Part shown: piece by piece, positions 9,567 to 22,611 of the stretch
Layout of the letters: each line of letters starts with the position of its first letter
Position numbering within the stretch: the first letter of the stretch is position 1
Assembly (NCBI RefSeq): GCF_006345805.1
Contig: NC_043010.1
Span: forward strand, 60,574,001-60,638,000
Length of the DNA stretch: 64,000 nucleotides
Direction: 5' to 3'
Source: Octopus sinensis
Lineage: Eukaryota
The notes under the pieces: generated by a model
Seen by the model: the letters and a program-made list of their open reading frames with translations, nothing else
Database searches by the model: none
What the model was told of the DNA's origin: nothing
Translations under genes and position numbers: made by a program

Positions 9567-12500
9567 ATGACAGCATATATTGGTCTACTGTGTCTTCTAC
9601 ATTTACTGATCACCCTTGTACTGTCCATAGATATTACATACCATGTCAAGGAAGAAGACAGACCTCACACCTATATTGGAGACATTGCTGTTGACTCCAA
9701 CTTATCACACCCTCTCACACATCAACAACACACTCTCATTACATTTACACAACTACAAAGGACAGTCGAGAGTGGGTCTCACTTATTTAATGTCACCAAC
9801 TCAGGAAAACTATACACTACTCAAACACTGGATGCTGAGTCTCTGTGTACATACAACAAGGAATGTTCCAGAATAGTTAAAGTCGCAGTGAGGAAAGAAG
9901 AAACATTTATGAAAATTTTAAGGATAAAAATATTGATAGAAGACATCAATGACCATTCACCAGAATTTCCACAGAATGAAGTTGAGATTGAATTTTCTGA
10001 AAGAGACAGAAAAGGGGAAATGGTCTCCCTTCTAAATGCCATTGATCAGGATATTTCAGTCAAAAATTCTCAAATTACATATATAATTAAGAAAAGTAAA
10101 AGAGAACCATTTTCTCTCTCACTCACAAAACACAAAGGTATTTTCACACCTGAAATAATTCTAGAAGACAGATTAGACAGGGAAGTAAAAGACTCATATA
10201 TGTTGACCCTAGAAGCTAAAGATGGAGGAAACCCTCCCAAAACAGCTACACTCAAGGTACACATATCAGTAATAGATGTCAATGATAACATACCTGTATT
10301 TTCACAGGAAGTATACAACATCTCTATAATTAATTCACATCAAAGACATTTACCAATTCTTACTTTAAAGGCCACAGATCAAGATTCTGGACAAAATGGA
10401 AAGATATCTTTTCACTTCAACCATAAAACGTCTCGAAATATTCAGAAATATTTTGCATTAAATGAGAAGTCTGGAGATCTATTTTTACGTGATAATTTTC
10501 ATTTCAGTAAAAAGCAATCTTATAAATTATTTGTAGAAGCAAGAGATGGAGGGAAGCCACCAAAAAAGACTGTTGCAGCAGTTCAAATTAACATAATTAA
10601 CAACAAAAATACTGCTCCATTGATAAATATTGATTTTGTATCTCCTTTATCAGAGAGTTCTGCAGCTGTTTCGGAAGCAAGTAAAATTGGTAGTTTTATA
10701 GCTTATGTTATGGTCACTGACACTGATAGTGGACCTAATGGTGAGGTTATCTGTGATTTAAAACATGATAAATTTAAACTTGCCAAAATAGATTCTAAAG
10801 AATATAAAATGATTGTTAAGGGCCCTCTTGACAGAGAAATGAGGGACCACTATAAAGTATCTATTGTGTGTCATGACATGGGGTCACCTCAACTAGAAAG
10901 TAAAAAATATTTCTCTGTCAAAGTAACTGATGTCAATGATGTAGAACCACATTTTACCAAAGAGACATTCCAATTCCTCACCTATGAAAACCAGAAAGTT
11001 GACTTCCCTATTGGCTTCATCAATGCTACAGACCCGGATCTTGGAGATGGAGGCCAACTTACATATTCTATCATCAATGATAACAACAATGATAACATTC
11101 CTTTCCAACTGACAAAATATGGATTCATTTCTACATCACAATCAATAGATCGAGAAATGAAAGACATCTATAAGTTCAAGGTTTTAGTGAAAGATAATGG
11201 AACACCTTCTCTCAATGACACTACCAATATTGTTATTGAGATTCTAGATAAAAATGATAATGCTCCGTATTTTACGTTTCCTAATAATGACCCTTACAAT
11301 CTAGATGTCCACTACCATCCACACAGTAAGAAGGACATCACAATTCTGAGAGCATCTGACAAAGACACTGGAAACAATGCTTTCCTCACATATGGAATAC
11401 TGAGATCCAATGATAAAAACCTGTTTACAGTGAACTCACACACTGGTGTGTTATCTTTCTCTCGCACAGTTTACCAAAATGATGCAGGAACATATGAGCT
11501 GCAGTTTATAGTGAAAGACGGTGGTACTCCAGTTCAATCAGTGACAACTGCTATCATACTAACACTGTTTGTTAGTAATGATACATCTCCAATGTTGACT
11601 GCTGTGCCATTCCAGTCTGGTCACGACCTGAATATGACTTGGGTAATTATCATTGTAGCAGCAGCTGTAATACTATCTGTGGCTATTGTAGTGTCCATAA
11701 CACTGTGTGTTTTCAGATGTATTAATCACACAAATAACTCACCCACAACAGCAGAGAATCCCAACTTTCTCTCTCAGACTGAGATGAGACAATTACTGTA
11801 TCAGACTAACAATCCTGTTGCAATAACGAGAAATGCAGAAGAGATATTTAACCGAAATCTTCAGACAATAAAATCTAAAAGTCAGTTTTTTCTGGAGATG
11901 GAACAGACACCAGATGAGTGGAAATTCTCAACAACCCAAAGAAGACTTCCACCTGTACCTCAGGTGAATATTATTTTACATCTCTTATATCCTTTTGATT
12001 ATAAATACAAAAGTATTTAATCAATTATTGATGTGCATTCAAATATTTCTTTCAAATATCTATTTCAGATTCTCATGTGTATGAAATGTTTCATTCCTTT
12101 GTGACATTCTGAATTAATTGTTCTTTGGTGTCCTAGTGATAGCAAAATACAATATTCATTATCTAAATAGAATATGTTTTATATGAGAACTGTTTTATTA
12201 GGAGTCATCTGAACTTATATTGATATAAGATTCATTTTTCTATAATCGACAGAGATGTGATTCAATCCATAGTCAAGAACGTCGCACCAGTTCCATTATG
12301 TCTTACAACAGTGACACCTTAACATCCCAAAAGGACAGAGAAGCTAGCAAGAGTAATGGCAAGACTAAACCATATGATGAGATACCTGCAGAACCAGGTA
12401 ACTTTTATCAAAACATAACATATAAATGTAATTGCCTTTATTACTGTCGGACAATATATAATGTTATGCTTAGTGTAATATAAGATCAATGATTCTATCT

Positions 12501-12641
12501 TTATATATTGGAGTTGTTATACTGAAATGTAATTTGTGTTTGTATATTTGATATTTTGCAGAATATACCAATGACAATCCAGTTGCAGCCACAATACTAA
12601 AGGGACAACAAATACAAGATACCTATCTACAGCCAACATAG
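9567..12641 (+). CDS. Pcdh: Protocadherin copy B, intact, 873 aa predicted
   Basis: join(9567..11963,12253..12397,12562..12641). The 799-codon open exon ends PPVPQ|GT (phase 0). Exon 2 is 145 nt (phase 1 out); exon 3 ends YLQPT*. Confidence 0.93.
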
Positions 12642-13465
12642 TAGATGTTCCATGACTATTGTTAAATGATTCTCTCACACATCAAATCTTATACAATACT
12701 TTATATTCATATAAAAATATCAACTCTATGTCTCTTTCACACATCACATTTAAAGGGCCTTAAAGTAGAATCTATTATGACCCTTAATTTACAGTAAATA
12801 TTTCAAAAATCCTACTCTTCATTACCAAAGAACATTGTTATAGAATATTTATTTTCCTCTCAGTTTTCTTTTAGCCATTTCACTAAACATTGGTTAATTC
12901 ATTTGAGTCGTTCTAGAATGTTTAGTTATGGTAGCTTTTTTGATACCAATTCTCCCATTCATTATTATCATACTAAACTGTTTTCTAATATTTCCTTTTA
13001 TATTCAGTTTTTCTTAAATTTTATTAATTAACAGCTACCAGTAATTTAGCACTGAATATTTACCTATATTGCTAACATACTAAAACTACCAGCTCATATT
13101 TGAAGTTGTCTTTGTTATTGATTTTCAAATGTTTCATATTTTATGAAATGTTACAGAAAATATGAGAAAATCATGTGCATTTAAATATTTTTAACTTGGA
13201 AATATTTTTGTTTCTCCTAATTTACTTAGTTTACAGTTTATCTATTCATGTAAACTTCTTAACTAAAGATTTCTTTTGTGACTTAATCTAAAAACAATTT
13301 CTTTCTGATAGAAATTCTGAATACATATTCTTTATAGTGAAGTTAATAACTCATTAAATATCAAGAAATATTATAAATCTAATATTTTAATACAAATCTC
13401 TTATTTCCTAGCATTAGATATATAAATTTAGTGTTTTTATTACATATCAGCTTTGAAGTTCCTTT

Positions 13466-14110
13466 TGTTTAACATGATTTCTGTTACTTGATGTGTTTGT
13501 GTGACACAGACCACATTGCAGTAATTTCCTATTGGATGAGAGAGATTTCCTATATTTCTTTCAATATTGAAAGTGAGGCTGATAGCTTTTTTCTTTGTTC
13601 ATCATACACACAATTGTGTGTGTGTGTGTGAAGGACATAGAGTTGTAACTAGCACACACCAGCATCTGGCTAACATCTCACCTCCCACTACATACAGCAA
13701 CTGTCACACTATTATATCAGCAGTTACACAGGAACAGCAGCAGCAGCAGCGGTAACACAGGAACACTACTACAACAGCAGTAGTACCACTATAATACCAC
13801 TACAGCAGCAGCAGCAGCAGGAGTGGAACACTACAGCAGGATACACATCATCCATCACTCACAACTACAGTGAAGGATGAAACAATGCAGGTAAGTCTCC
13901 CTCTCTCTCTCTTTCTCTTTATTATCTTTTCATATTCATTATAACATTTATATTATTTGTGTTTCTAGTGAAAGACAGGGTAAGGATAATATCTAAAATG
14001 TCTGCCATGTTGTATATATACAGGGACTGGGACAGTGGAGGATCGAGAGATCTAGCCATCACTTCCACCATTAACAATAACTGCAGTAGTCATTGTAATA
14101 TAATTACTTC
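13466..14110 (+). promoter_or_regulatory. Conserved non-coding block 2
   Basis: ATTGG 13531, palindrome 13558-13573, donor CAG|GTAAGT 13890/13891. Confidence 0.55.
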
Positions 14111-15109
14111 TTGATGGACTAATTATTTTTATGTCAATATCACACATCTTACAAGAGATATTAAAATATATACTTTGTTATTATATATTATGTATGCAAT
14201 ATAGATGTAATATAATCTGAAGTAGACATGTATATATATATTTATCAATTTGTAGACAACATTTATTAATAACCAATAAGACTGGGTGTTAATAATGTAT
14301 GTTATTATAGTTTCTATCTGTTTTGTCATAATTCACTAATTAAATCTAAATTTTTCTCTAGTTTTAATGAACTTTTATCAGATCATTAATATCCCTATGT
14401 ATATATAACTTATTAAGTATCCATTATATATCTTTGTGTATAATAAACTAAGTATATTTCATCACCATCATTATTATTATGAAGATGTTGATAAATAAAA
14501 TTTAGTGTAGTTTTGTTATTTTAAGGTATTTAGTGTGAGATATAAACTGATGATATTGTCATGTGTTGTTAAAATATATTAACTCTGACAACAAGAGATG
14601 AATGTTGTAGATTTGTTAAGAATTGATTAGAAAAAGTAACATCTTCTTTCTACAAACTATCATTCTTCACATTATTGTAGTTATTTAGTTAAAAAAAAAA
14701 CAACAAAACAAATATATTATATGTAGCAGTATGACATAAAAACTAAGTATTGTATATACATAGTGATTTAAATGATTTTTATTACATTTCCCTGGATAAA
14801 TTGATCTAAATATCTCGTAGATAATTTTTTCATTCATAACTTTCACTGAAATATTTTATAATCCCTATCTATATATCATTAAAATTTATTGTGAACTAAT
14901 AGACAACATTTTATGATCTATTTTGTTGGTGTTATACCCCTCTGTCAAGTTTCAATGAAATGTTTTTCAATAAATTATTTGAATTCAAGTTTAATGTAAA
15001 GTATTTCTTGAAAATATTGGATTAATAATGCTACAAAATATTCTGTGTCAAATTATCAACACCTTTTGATCCACCTATTAAGTCTATGATAACAATGTTT
15101 CCATTTTCC

Positions 15110-15357
15110 CTTCAGAATTTGTGGATGCCGTATGCCATCCCTCATCAAACACACCTAAATATTTGTAGTCTTGAATACATACCCAGCTTTTGCTTTCCTC
15201 AGAATCAGTGTCAGTGGTATCAAGCACAGTACAAAGATCAGTAGAGACAATCAGTCCCCTTGGAAGATGCCCCTTCTACTTTCTACTGTCCCTAAACTTC
15301 TTCCGTATGACATCAAGTCTGTCCTCTAATTCCCCATACTTTTTCCAAGCAATCCTT
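15110..15357 (-). mobile_element. R4/Dong-like non-LTR retrotransposon RT fragment
   Basis: Minus strand reads KGIFQGD*LSLLIFVLCLIPLTLILRKAKAGYVFK, then YKYLGV. These are non-LTR RT motifs. The fragment abuts the (ATT)n tract at 15358-15417. Confidence 0.7.
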
Positions 15358-15809
15358 ATTATTATTATTGTTATCGTTATTGTTATTATCATTATTATTG
15401 TTATTATTATTATTATTGCATATGGATTTATCATAGAGTTTCTGTTATCAGTCACAGTGTTGTAACAAGCAATTTCAATATATTTCAAGATACTTGTTGT
15501 CCCATTTGAGTATATCAGTAAATATAAATTTTTAACAAAGCCATTAATCAATTCAGAAATTCTCAACATTGTGATTACATCATCATAGTTTTTAAAAATT
15601 ACTCTAAATATACCTCTAGCTAAATATTGTGGATGGACATTTTTAAATTGTTCACTTCAGTCAAATGAAATGTTTTCAGATTTAATTAATAATACATACA
15701 CAATGGTTATAATTATAGTTTATTTTATTAAATTTTATTTACTCTTTAAGTATTGTTGTTGTGTTTTGTAGAAATTTCTCCTGCTAAAGTGTGATGAAGA
15801 ATTCCAAAC

Positions 15810-18800
15810 ATGACAGCATATATTGGTCTACTGTGTCTTCTACATTTACTGATCACCCTTGCACTGTCCACAGATATTACATACCATGTCAATGAAGAAG
15901 GCAGACCTCACACCTATATAGGAGACATTGCTGTTGACTCTAACTTATCACACCCTCTCACACATCAACAACACACTCTCGTTACATTTACACAACTACA
16001 AAGGGCAGTCGATAGTGGTTCTCACTTATTTAACGTCACCAACTCAGGAAAACTATACACTACTCAAACACTGGATGCTGAGTCTCTGTGTACATACAAC
16101 AAGGAATGTTCCAGAATAGTTAAAGTAGCAGTGAGGAAAGGAAAAACTTTTATGAAGATTCTAAAAATTAAAATATTAATAGAAGACATCAATGACCATT
16201 CTCCAGAATTTCCACAGAATGAAGTTGAGATTGAATTTTCTGAGAAAGAGAGAAAAGGGGAAATGGTCTCCCTTCTAAATGCCATTGATCAGGATATTTC
16301 AGTCAAAAATTCTCAAATTACATATATGATTAAGAAAAGTAAAAGAGAACCATTTTCACTTTCTGTCACAAAACATGATGGTATTTTTATACCTAAACTC
16401 ATTCTAGAAGACAGATTAGACAGGGAAGTAAAAGATTCATATATGTTGATCTTGGAAGCTAAAGATGGAGGGAATCCTCCCAAAACAGCTACACTCAAGG
16501 TACACATAACTGTGACAGATGTCAATGATAATACACCTGTATTTTCACAGAAACTCTACAACATTTCTGTAAGCAATTCACATCAAAGACACTTACCAAT
16601 TCTTACTTTAAAAGCCACAGATCAAGATTCTGAGGATAATGGGAAAATTTCTTATCATTTCAACCATAAAACGTCTCGAAATGTCCAGAAATATTTTGTG
16701 TTAGATAAGAAAACTGGAGATTTATTTTTACATGACAAATTTCATTTTAGTAAAAAACAATCTTATAAATTATTTATTGAAGCAATGGATGGAGGTAAGC
16801 CACCAAAAAAGTCTGTTGCAGCAGTTCAGATTCAAATAATTAACAACAGAAATAATGTACCCATGATTAATATAGATTTTGTATCTCCTTTATCAGAGAG
16901 CTCAGCAACAGTTTCAGAAGACAGTGAAGTAGATAGTTTTATAGCTTATGTTATGGTCACTGACACTGATAGTGGACCTAATGGTGAGGTTATCTGTGAT
17001 TTAAAACATGATAAGTTTAAACTTGCTAAAATAGATTCTAAAGAGTATAAAATGGTTATTAAAGGTCATCTTGACAGAGAAATAAGGGACCACTATAAAG
17101 TATCTATTGTGTGTCATGACATGGGGTCACCTCAACTAGAAAGTAAAAAATATTTCTCTGTCAAAGTAACTGATGTCAATGATGTAGAACCACATTTTAC
17201 CAAAGAGACTTTCCAATTCCTCACCTATGAAAACCAGAAAGTTGACTTCCCTATTGGCTTCATCAATGCTACAGACCCTGATCTTGGAGATGGAGGCCAA
17301 CTTACATATTCTATCATCAATGATAACAACAATGATAACATTCCTTTCCAACTGACAAAATATGGATTCATTTCTACATCACAATCAATAGATCGAGAAA
17401 TGAAAGACATCTATAAGTTCAAGGTTTTAGTGAAAGATAATGGAACACCTTCTCTCAATGACACTGCCAATATTGTATTGAGATTCTAGATAAAAATGAC
17501 AATGCTCCGTATTTTACGTTTCCTAATAATGACCCTTACAATCTCTTTCCTCAATATGGAATACTGAGATCCAATGATAAAAACCTGTTTACAGTGAACT
17601 CACCCACTGGTGTGTTATCTTTCTCTCGCACAGTTTTACCAAAATGATGCAGGAACATATGAGCTGCAGTTTATAGTGAAAGACGGGTGGTACTCCAGTC
17701 AATCAGCAACAACTCTGCTATCATACTAACACTGTTTGTTAGTAATGATACATCTCCAATGTTGACTGCTGTGCCATTCCAGTCTGGTCACGACCTGAAT
17801 GACTGGGTAATTATCATTGTAGCAGTCAGCTGTAATACTATCTGTGGCTATTGTAGTGTCCATAACACTGTGTGTTTTCAGATGTATTAATCACACAAAA
17901 CTCACCCACAACAGCAGAGAATCCCAACTTTCTCTCTCAGACTGAGATGAGACAATTACTGTATCAGACTAACATCCTGTTGCAATAACGAGAAATGCAG
18001 AAGAGATATTTAACCGAAATCTTCAGACAATAAAATCTAAAGTCAGTTTTTTCTGGGATGGAACAGACACCAGATGAGTGGAAATCTCAACAACAACACA
18101 AAGGAGACTTCCACCTGTGCCTCAGGTAAATATTATTTTACATCTCTGATATCCTTTTGATTATAAATACAAAAGTATTTAATCAATTATTGATGTGCAT
18201 TCAAATATTTCTTTCAAATATCTATTTCAGATTCTCATGTGTATGAAACGTTTCGTTCCTTTGGTTAAAATTTCTGGCTTTTCTGTGACATTCTGAATTA
18301 ATTGTTCTTTGTTGTCCTAGTGATAGCAAAACACAATATTCATTATCTAAATAGAATACACTTTATATAAGAAATGTTTTATTAGGAGTGATCTAAACTT
18401 GTATTGATATCAGATTCCTTTTTCTATAATCAACAGAGATGTGATTCAATCCATAGTCAAGAACGTCGCACCAGTTCCATCATGTCTTACAACAGTGACA
18501 CCTTAACATCCCAAAAGGACAGAGAAGCTAGCAAGAGTAATGGCAAGACTAAACCATATGATGAGATACCTGCAGAACCAGGTAACTTTTACCGAAACAT
18601 AACATATAAATGTAATTGCCTTTATTACTGTAGGACAATATATAATGTTATGCTTAGTGTAATATAAGATCAATGTTTCTATCTTTATATATTGGAGTTG
18701 TTATATTGAAATGTAATTTGTGTTTGTATATTTGATATTTTGCAGAATATACCAATGACAATCCAGTTGCATCCACAATACTAAAGGGACAACAAATACA

Positions 18801-18825
18801 AGATACCTATCTACAACCAACATAG
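15810..18825 (+). pseudogene. Pcdh: Protocadherin copy C; ~77-nt deletion in EC6 plus many 1-nt indels (pseudogene or assembly error)
   Basis: join(15810..18125,18437..18581,18746..18825). Open for 559 codons, then a frameshift near 17475 and a deletion at ~17544 (ACAATCT joined to CTTTCC). Family identity is certain; pseudogene status is not. Confidence 0.6.
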
Positions 18826-19610
18826 TAGATGTTCCATGACTATTGTTAAATGATTCTCTCTCACACCAAATCTCATACAATACTATATATTCATATAAAA
18901 ATATCAACTCTATGTTTCTTTCACACATCACACATAAAAGGCCTTACAGTGGCATCTACTATGACTCCCAATTTACATCTCTGATACATGAAATACAAGA
19001 AATGACTACATTACTTTAGTTATTTTATAAGATAGTTATTTTACTCTTAGTTTTGCTATAGAAGTTTCACTAAACATATATAAATTAATTAGGGTCATCC
19101 TAGAATTTTCAGTTATAGTATTTATTGGTTTGATATCACTTCTACCATTAATTAGTTTCATACTAACTTATACCATGGTTTTACATTTTTTTCCATTTTG
19201 TGTTTTGTTCACACCACTTTATCTTTTATATTCTGTGTATATTGAATTTTATTAATCGATTAATATCAGTATAGATGAATAACTGTTGGTGCCCACAAAA
19301 TGCAATAAAGTGCTGTCACCTATATTCATAACATACTGAAATGATCTACTCATTTAAAAATTGAAATTGAAATGTTTTATATTTTATGAAATATGACATA
19401 GAAAATATCATGTGAACTTCTTAAATAATGAAATCTTTGATGACTTCTTCTAAAATCATTTTGTTTCTAATAGGAATCCTGAATATGTATTCTTATAGTG
19501 AAGTTATAAATAACCCATCAACTATCAAGAAATATTATTATAAATCTTATAGTTTAATACAAATATATGTAATGTAGTGTTTTGTTGAAGAAAAAATGTG
19601 ATGTTCTTTC

Positions 19611-20280
19611 TGTTTAACATCATTTCTCTTGTTTGATGTGTTTGTGTAACACAGACAACATTGCAGTAATTTCCTATTGGATGAGAGAGATTTTCTATAT
19701 TTCTTTCAATATTGAAAGTGAGGCTGATAGCTTTTTTCTTTGTTCATCATACACACAATTGTGTGTGTGTGTGTGTGTGTGTGGAGGACATAGAGTTGTA
19801 ACTAGCACACACCAGCATCTGGCTAACATCTCACCTCCCACTACATACAGCAACTGTCACACTATTATATCAGCAGTTACACAGGAACAGCAGCAGCAGT
19901 AACACAGGAACACTACTACAACAGCAGCAGTACCACTATAATACCACTAGCAGTAGCAGCAGCAGTTGGAGTGGAACACTACAGCAGGATACACATCATC
20001 CATCACACACAACTACAGTGAAGGATTAAACAATGCAGTAAGTCTCCCCCTCTCTCTCTCTTCTTTCTTATATCTTTTCATATTCATTATAACATTTATA
20101 TTATTTGTGTTCTAATGAAAGACAGGGTAAGGATAATATCTAAAATGTCTGCCATGTTGTATATATACAGGGACTGGGACAGTGGGGATCGAGAGATCTA
20201 GCCATCACTTCCACCATTAACAACAACAACTGCAGTAGTCATTGTAATACAATTACTTTGAACTGGATTACGTCTTTGAA
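19611..20280 (+). promoter_or_regulatory. Conserved non-coding block 3
   Basis: ATTGG 19676. Donor reads ATGCAGTAAGT at ~20038, one G shorter than in other copies. Confidence 0.5.
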
Positions 20281-20611
20281 TCACACACACATGTATATAT
20301 ATATATATATTATATATATATATAGATATATATATATGTATTGCTACAATATATAGTACACATTATTTGTTTAAACTAGTCTAAATTAGATATATATATA
20401 AACATTTAGCTATCACAAAACATTGACTGATAGCCAACAAGACTGGGTGTTGATAATGTATGTTGATATAGTTCATATCTTTGTTCTCGCGATATATCCC
20501 TAATAAAATCCTAATTTTCTCTAGCTTTAATTAACTCTAACGGATCATTCATATCCTTATATATGTGTGTGTGTGTGTGTATGTAAATACATATATTTAT
20601 AGATATATATC

Positions 20612-20651
<40 letters not shown>

Positions 20652-20744
20652 CTACTGAATATCCATTGTGTATTTTTTTGTATATAATAAACCAAGAATA
20701 TTTATCCTCGTCAACACCATCATTATTATTATTATTATCATTAT

Positions 20745-20883
20745 GTATTTTCCTCCTTTCAATTTACATCTACATTTCTTGCTAAGTGTCTTCCCGACTT
20801 CTTGGGCAAAGAAACTCATTGAATACATTTGGAGGCCATTTAGATCAACACATGCGATTGCTCATTTACAAAGCCAAGTTATG
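20745..20883 (-). mobile_element. Short 3' fragment of an R4/Dong-like LINE
   Basis: GTGTCTTCCCGACTTCTTGGGCAAAGAAACTCAT matches 47590-47622. Sits inside the unit's (ATT)n tract. Confidence 0.55.
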
Positions 20884-22611
20884 TAAAGATGTTGGTCAAT
20901 ATTATTTCGTGTAGATTTGTTATTTAAGATATTTAGTGTGATATATAAAGCAATTATATTGTCATGTGTTGTTAAAATATATTAATCCTGACAACAAAAG
21001 ATGAATATTGAGAATTATTCAGATATAATATCATTTCTCTACAAATTAACAAACATTTCATTATTACAGTTGTTAATACGCCATTATGTAAACTGTTGGT
21101 CAATATTATTGTTCGTGTAAATTTGGTTATTTCAGATATTTAGTGTGATCTATAACGCATTATATTGGTCATTGTTGTTCAAATATATTAATCTGATAAA
21201 GAACACAAGATGAATATTGAGAATGACTCAAAGATAATATACATCATTTCTATATCTCTCTACAAATTAACCAACATTTCATTATTACAGTTGTTAATTC
21301 TATATATAATATAACAGAAATACTTATATATATAAAATCTAAATGTTATATGTAAATAGGGATTAAATTACTTTAATTACAATTAATTTGATAAGAAAGA
21401 TATCTACATATTTCATGAAGATAATTATACATCTTTTTCCATCAAAAACATATAACTCCACCATTTTATAATTCCCATTTTTGTAAATTATTTCCACATA
21501 ATTTTATAATCTATTCTTTGTCAGTTATTTGTGAAATAAGTCAACAAGACATCTTCTATCCAGGTTATTAGGTTTCTTAGATACACTTATCCTACATTTC
21601 TGTGAAACAGGTATATTATTATCAAATGTCTTTCAACCCCTTTCATACCAACTTGCCTCTAATTGTGCCAGGTTTATGATGAACTATTAACTTCCTTCTT
21701 AAAGTGCTTTAAATTAAAGCTTTCCATTCAATTTCATCTTGATTTGTGTTCCAATCACCAGATTCATTTTGACAAAGTTATTTACTAAATTTTTTGCTGT
21801 ATTTTGAAATTGATCGAAACAAAAGCAATGTATTCCAACAGAAATACGGTAACAAAAGAGAGAAATTCCAACCAACAAGACACAATAAAGTACATTTAGT
21901 TATCATGTCCTTATCTTTCGCTCTGCAACCTAAACTTCATTAATTAAATATCTCGAGAGACTACTGTTCATTAATTTCACAATATATTTTACTTCTCTCT
22001 TTTGATTAGGACCTACCATCAGCTTAGATGGTAGGTCTAATTGTAGAATTAGACCTACCATCAGCTTAGAGTAGAATTGCTGTTGTTTTCATATTGTATA
22101 TATCATTAATCTCCAAAGACTAAAATCTTTCTCTGTGATGTAAATTTAAAGGGTTTTAATATTTCCTTGTCAGAGTCTGCATTATTCAAGCTGTCAACAT
22201 TCTGTCATCATTTCTGGTTTATTATATTCAGGATTACTTTATCAAGTATATTCATCTATTTGTAAGACTGTAGAATCAGATTTAAAGGTTGGGCTGCCTT
22301 TTACTACCACAGACAGAATGACCATATAAAAGTTCTTACATTGGCTCAGACCATCACTTTACATCACATATCAAAGTCTGGTTCTCAGCTAGATGGAGGC
22401 ATGGTATAACTGCAACAATAACGTTATGTTTGTAAACTATTAGTTTAAAGTTTTAAGTTTAGCTTCAGGGAATATAACAAAGTACAATGAATAACATCTA
22501 CACAATGACTGCTTTATTTTAGTTTATTTTATTGAATTTTATTTAGACTTTCAATGTCTGTTATGTTTTGTAGAAAACTCTCCTGCTAAAGTGTGATGAA
22601 GAATTCCAGAC

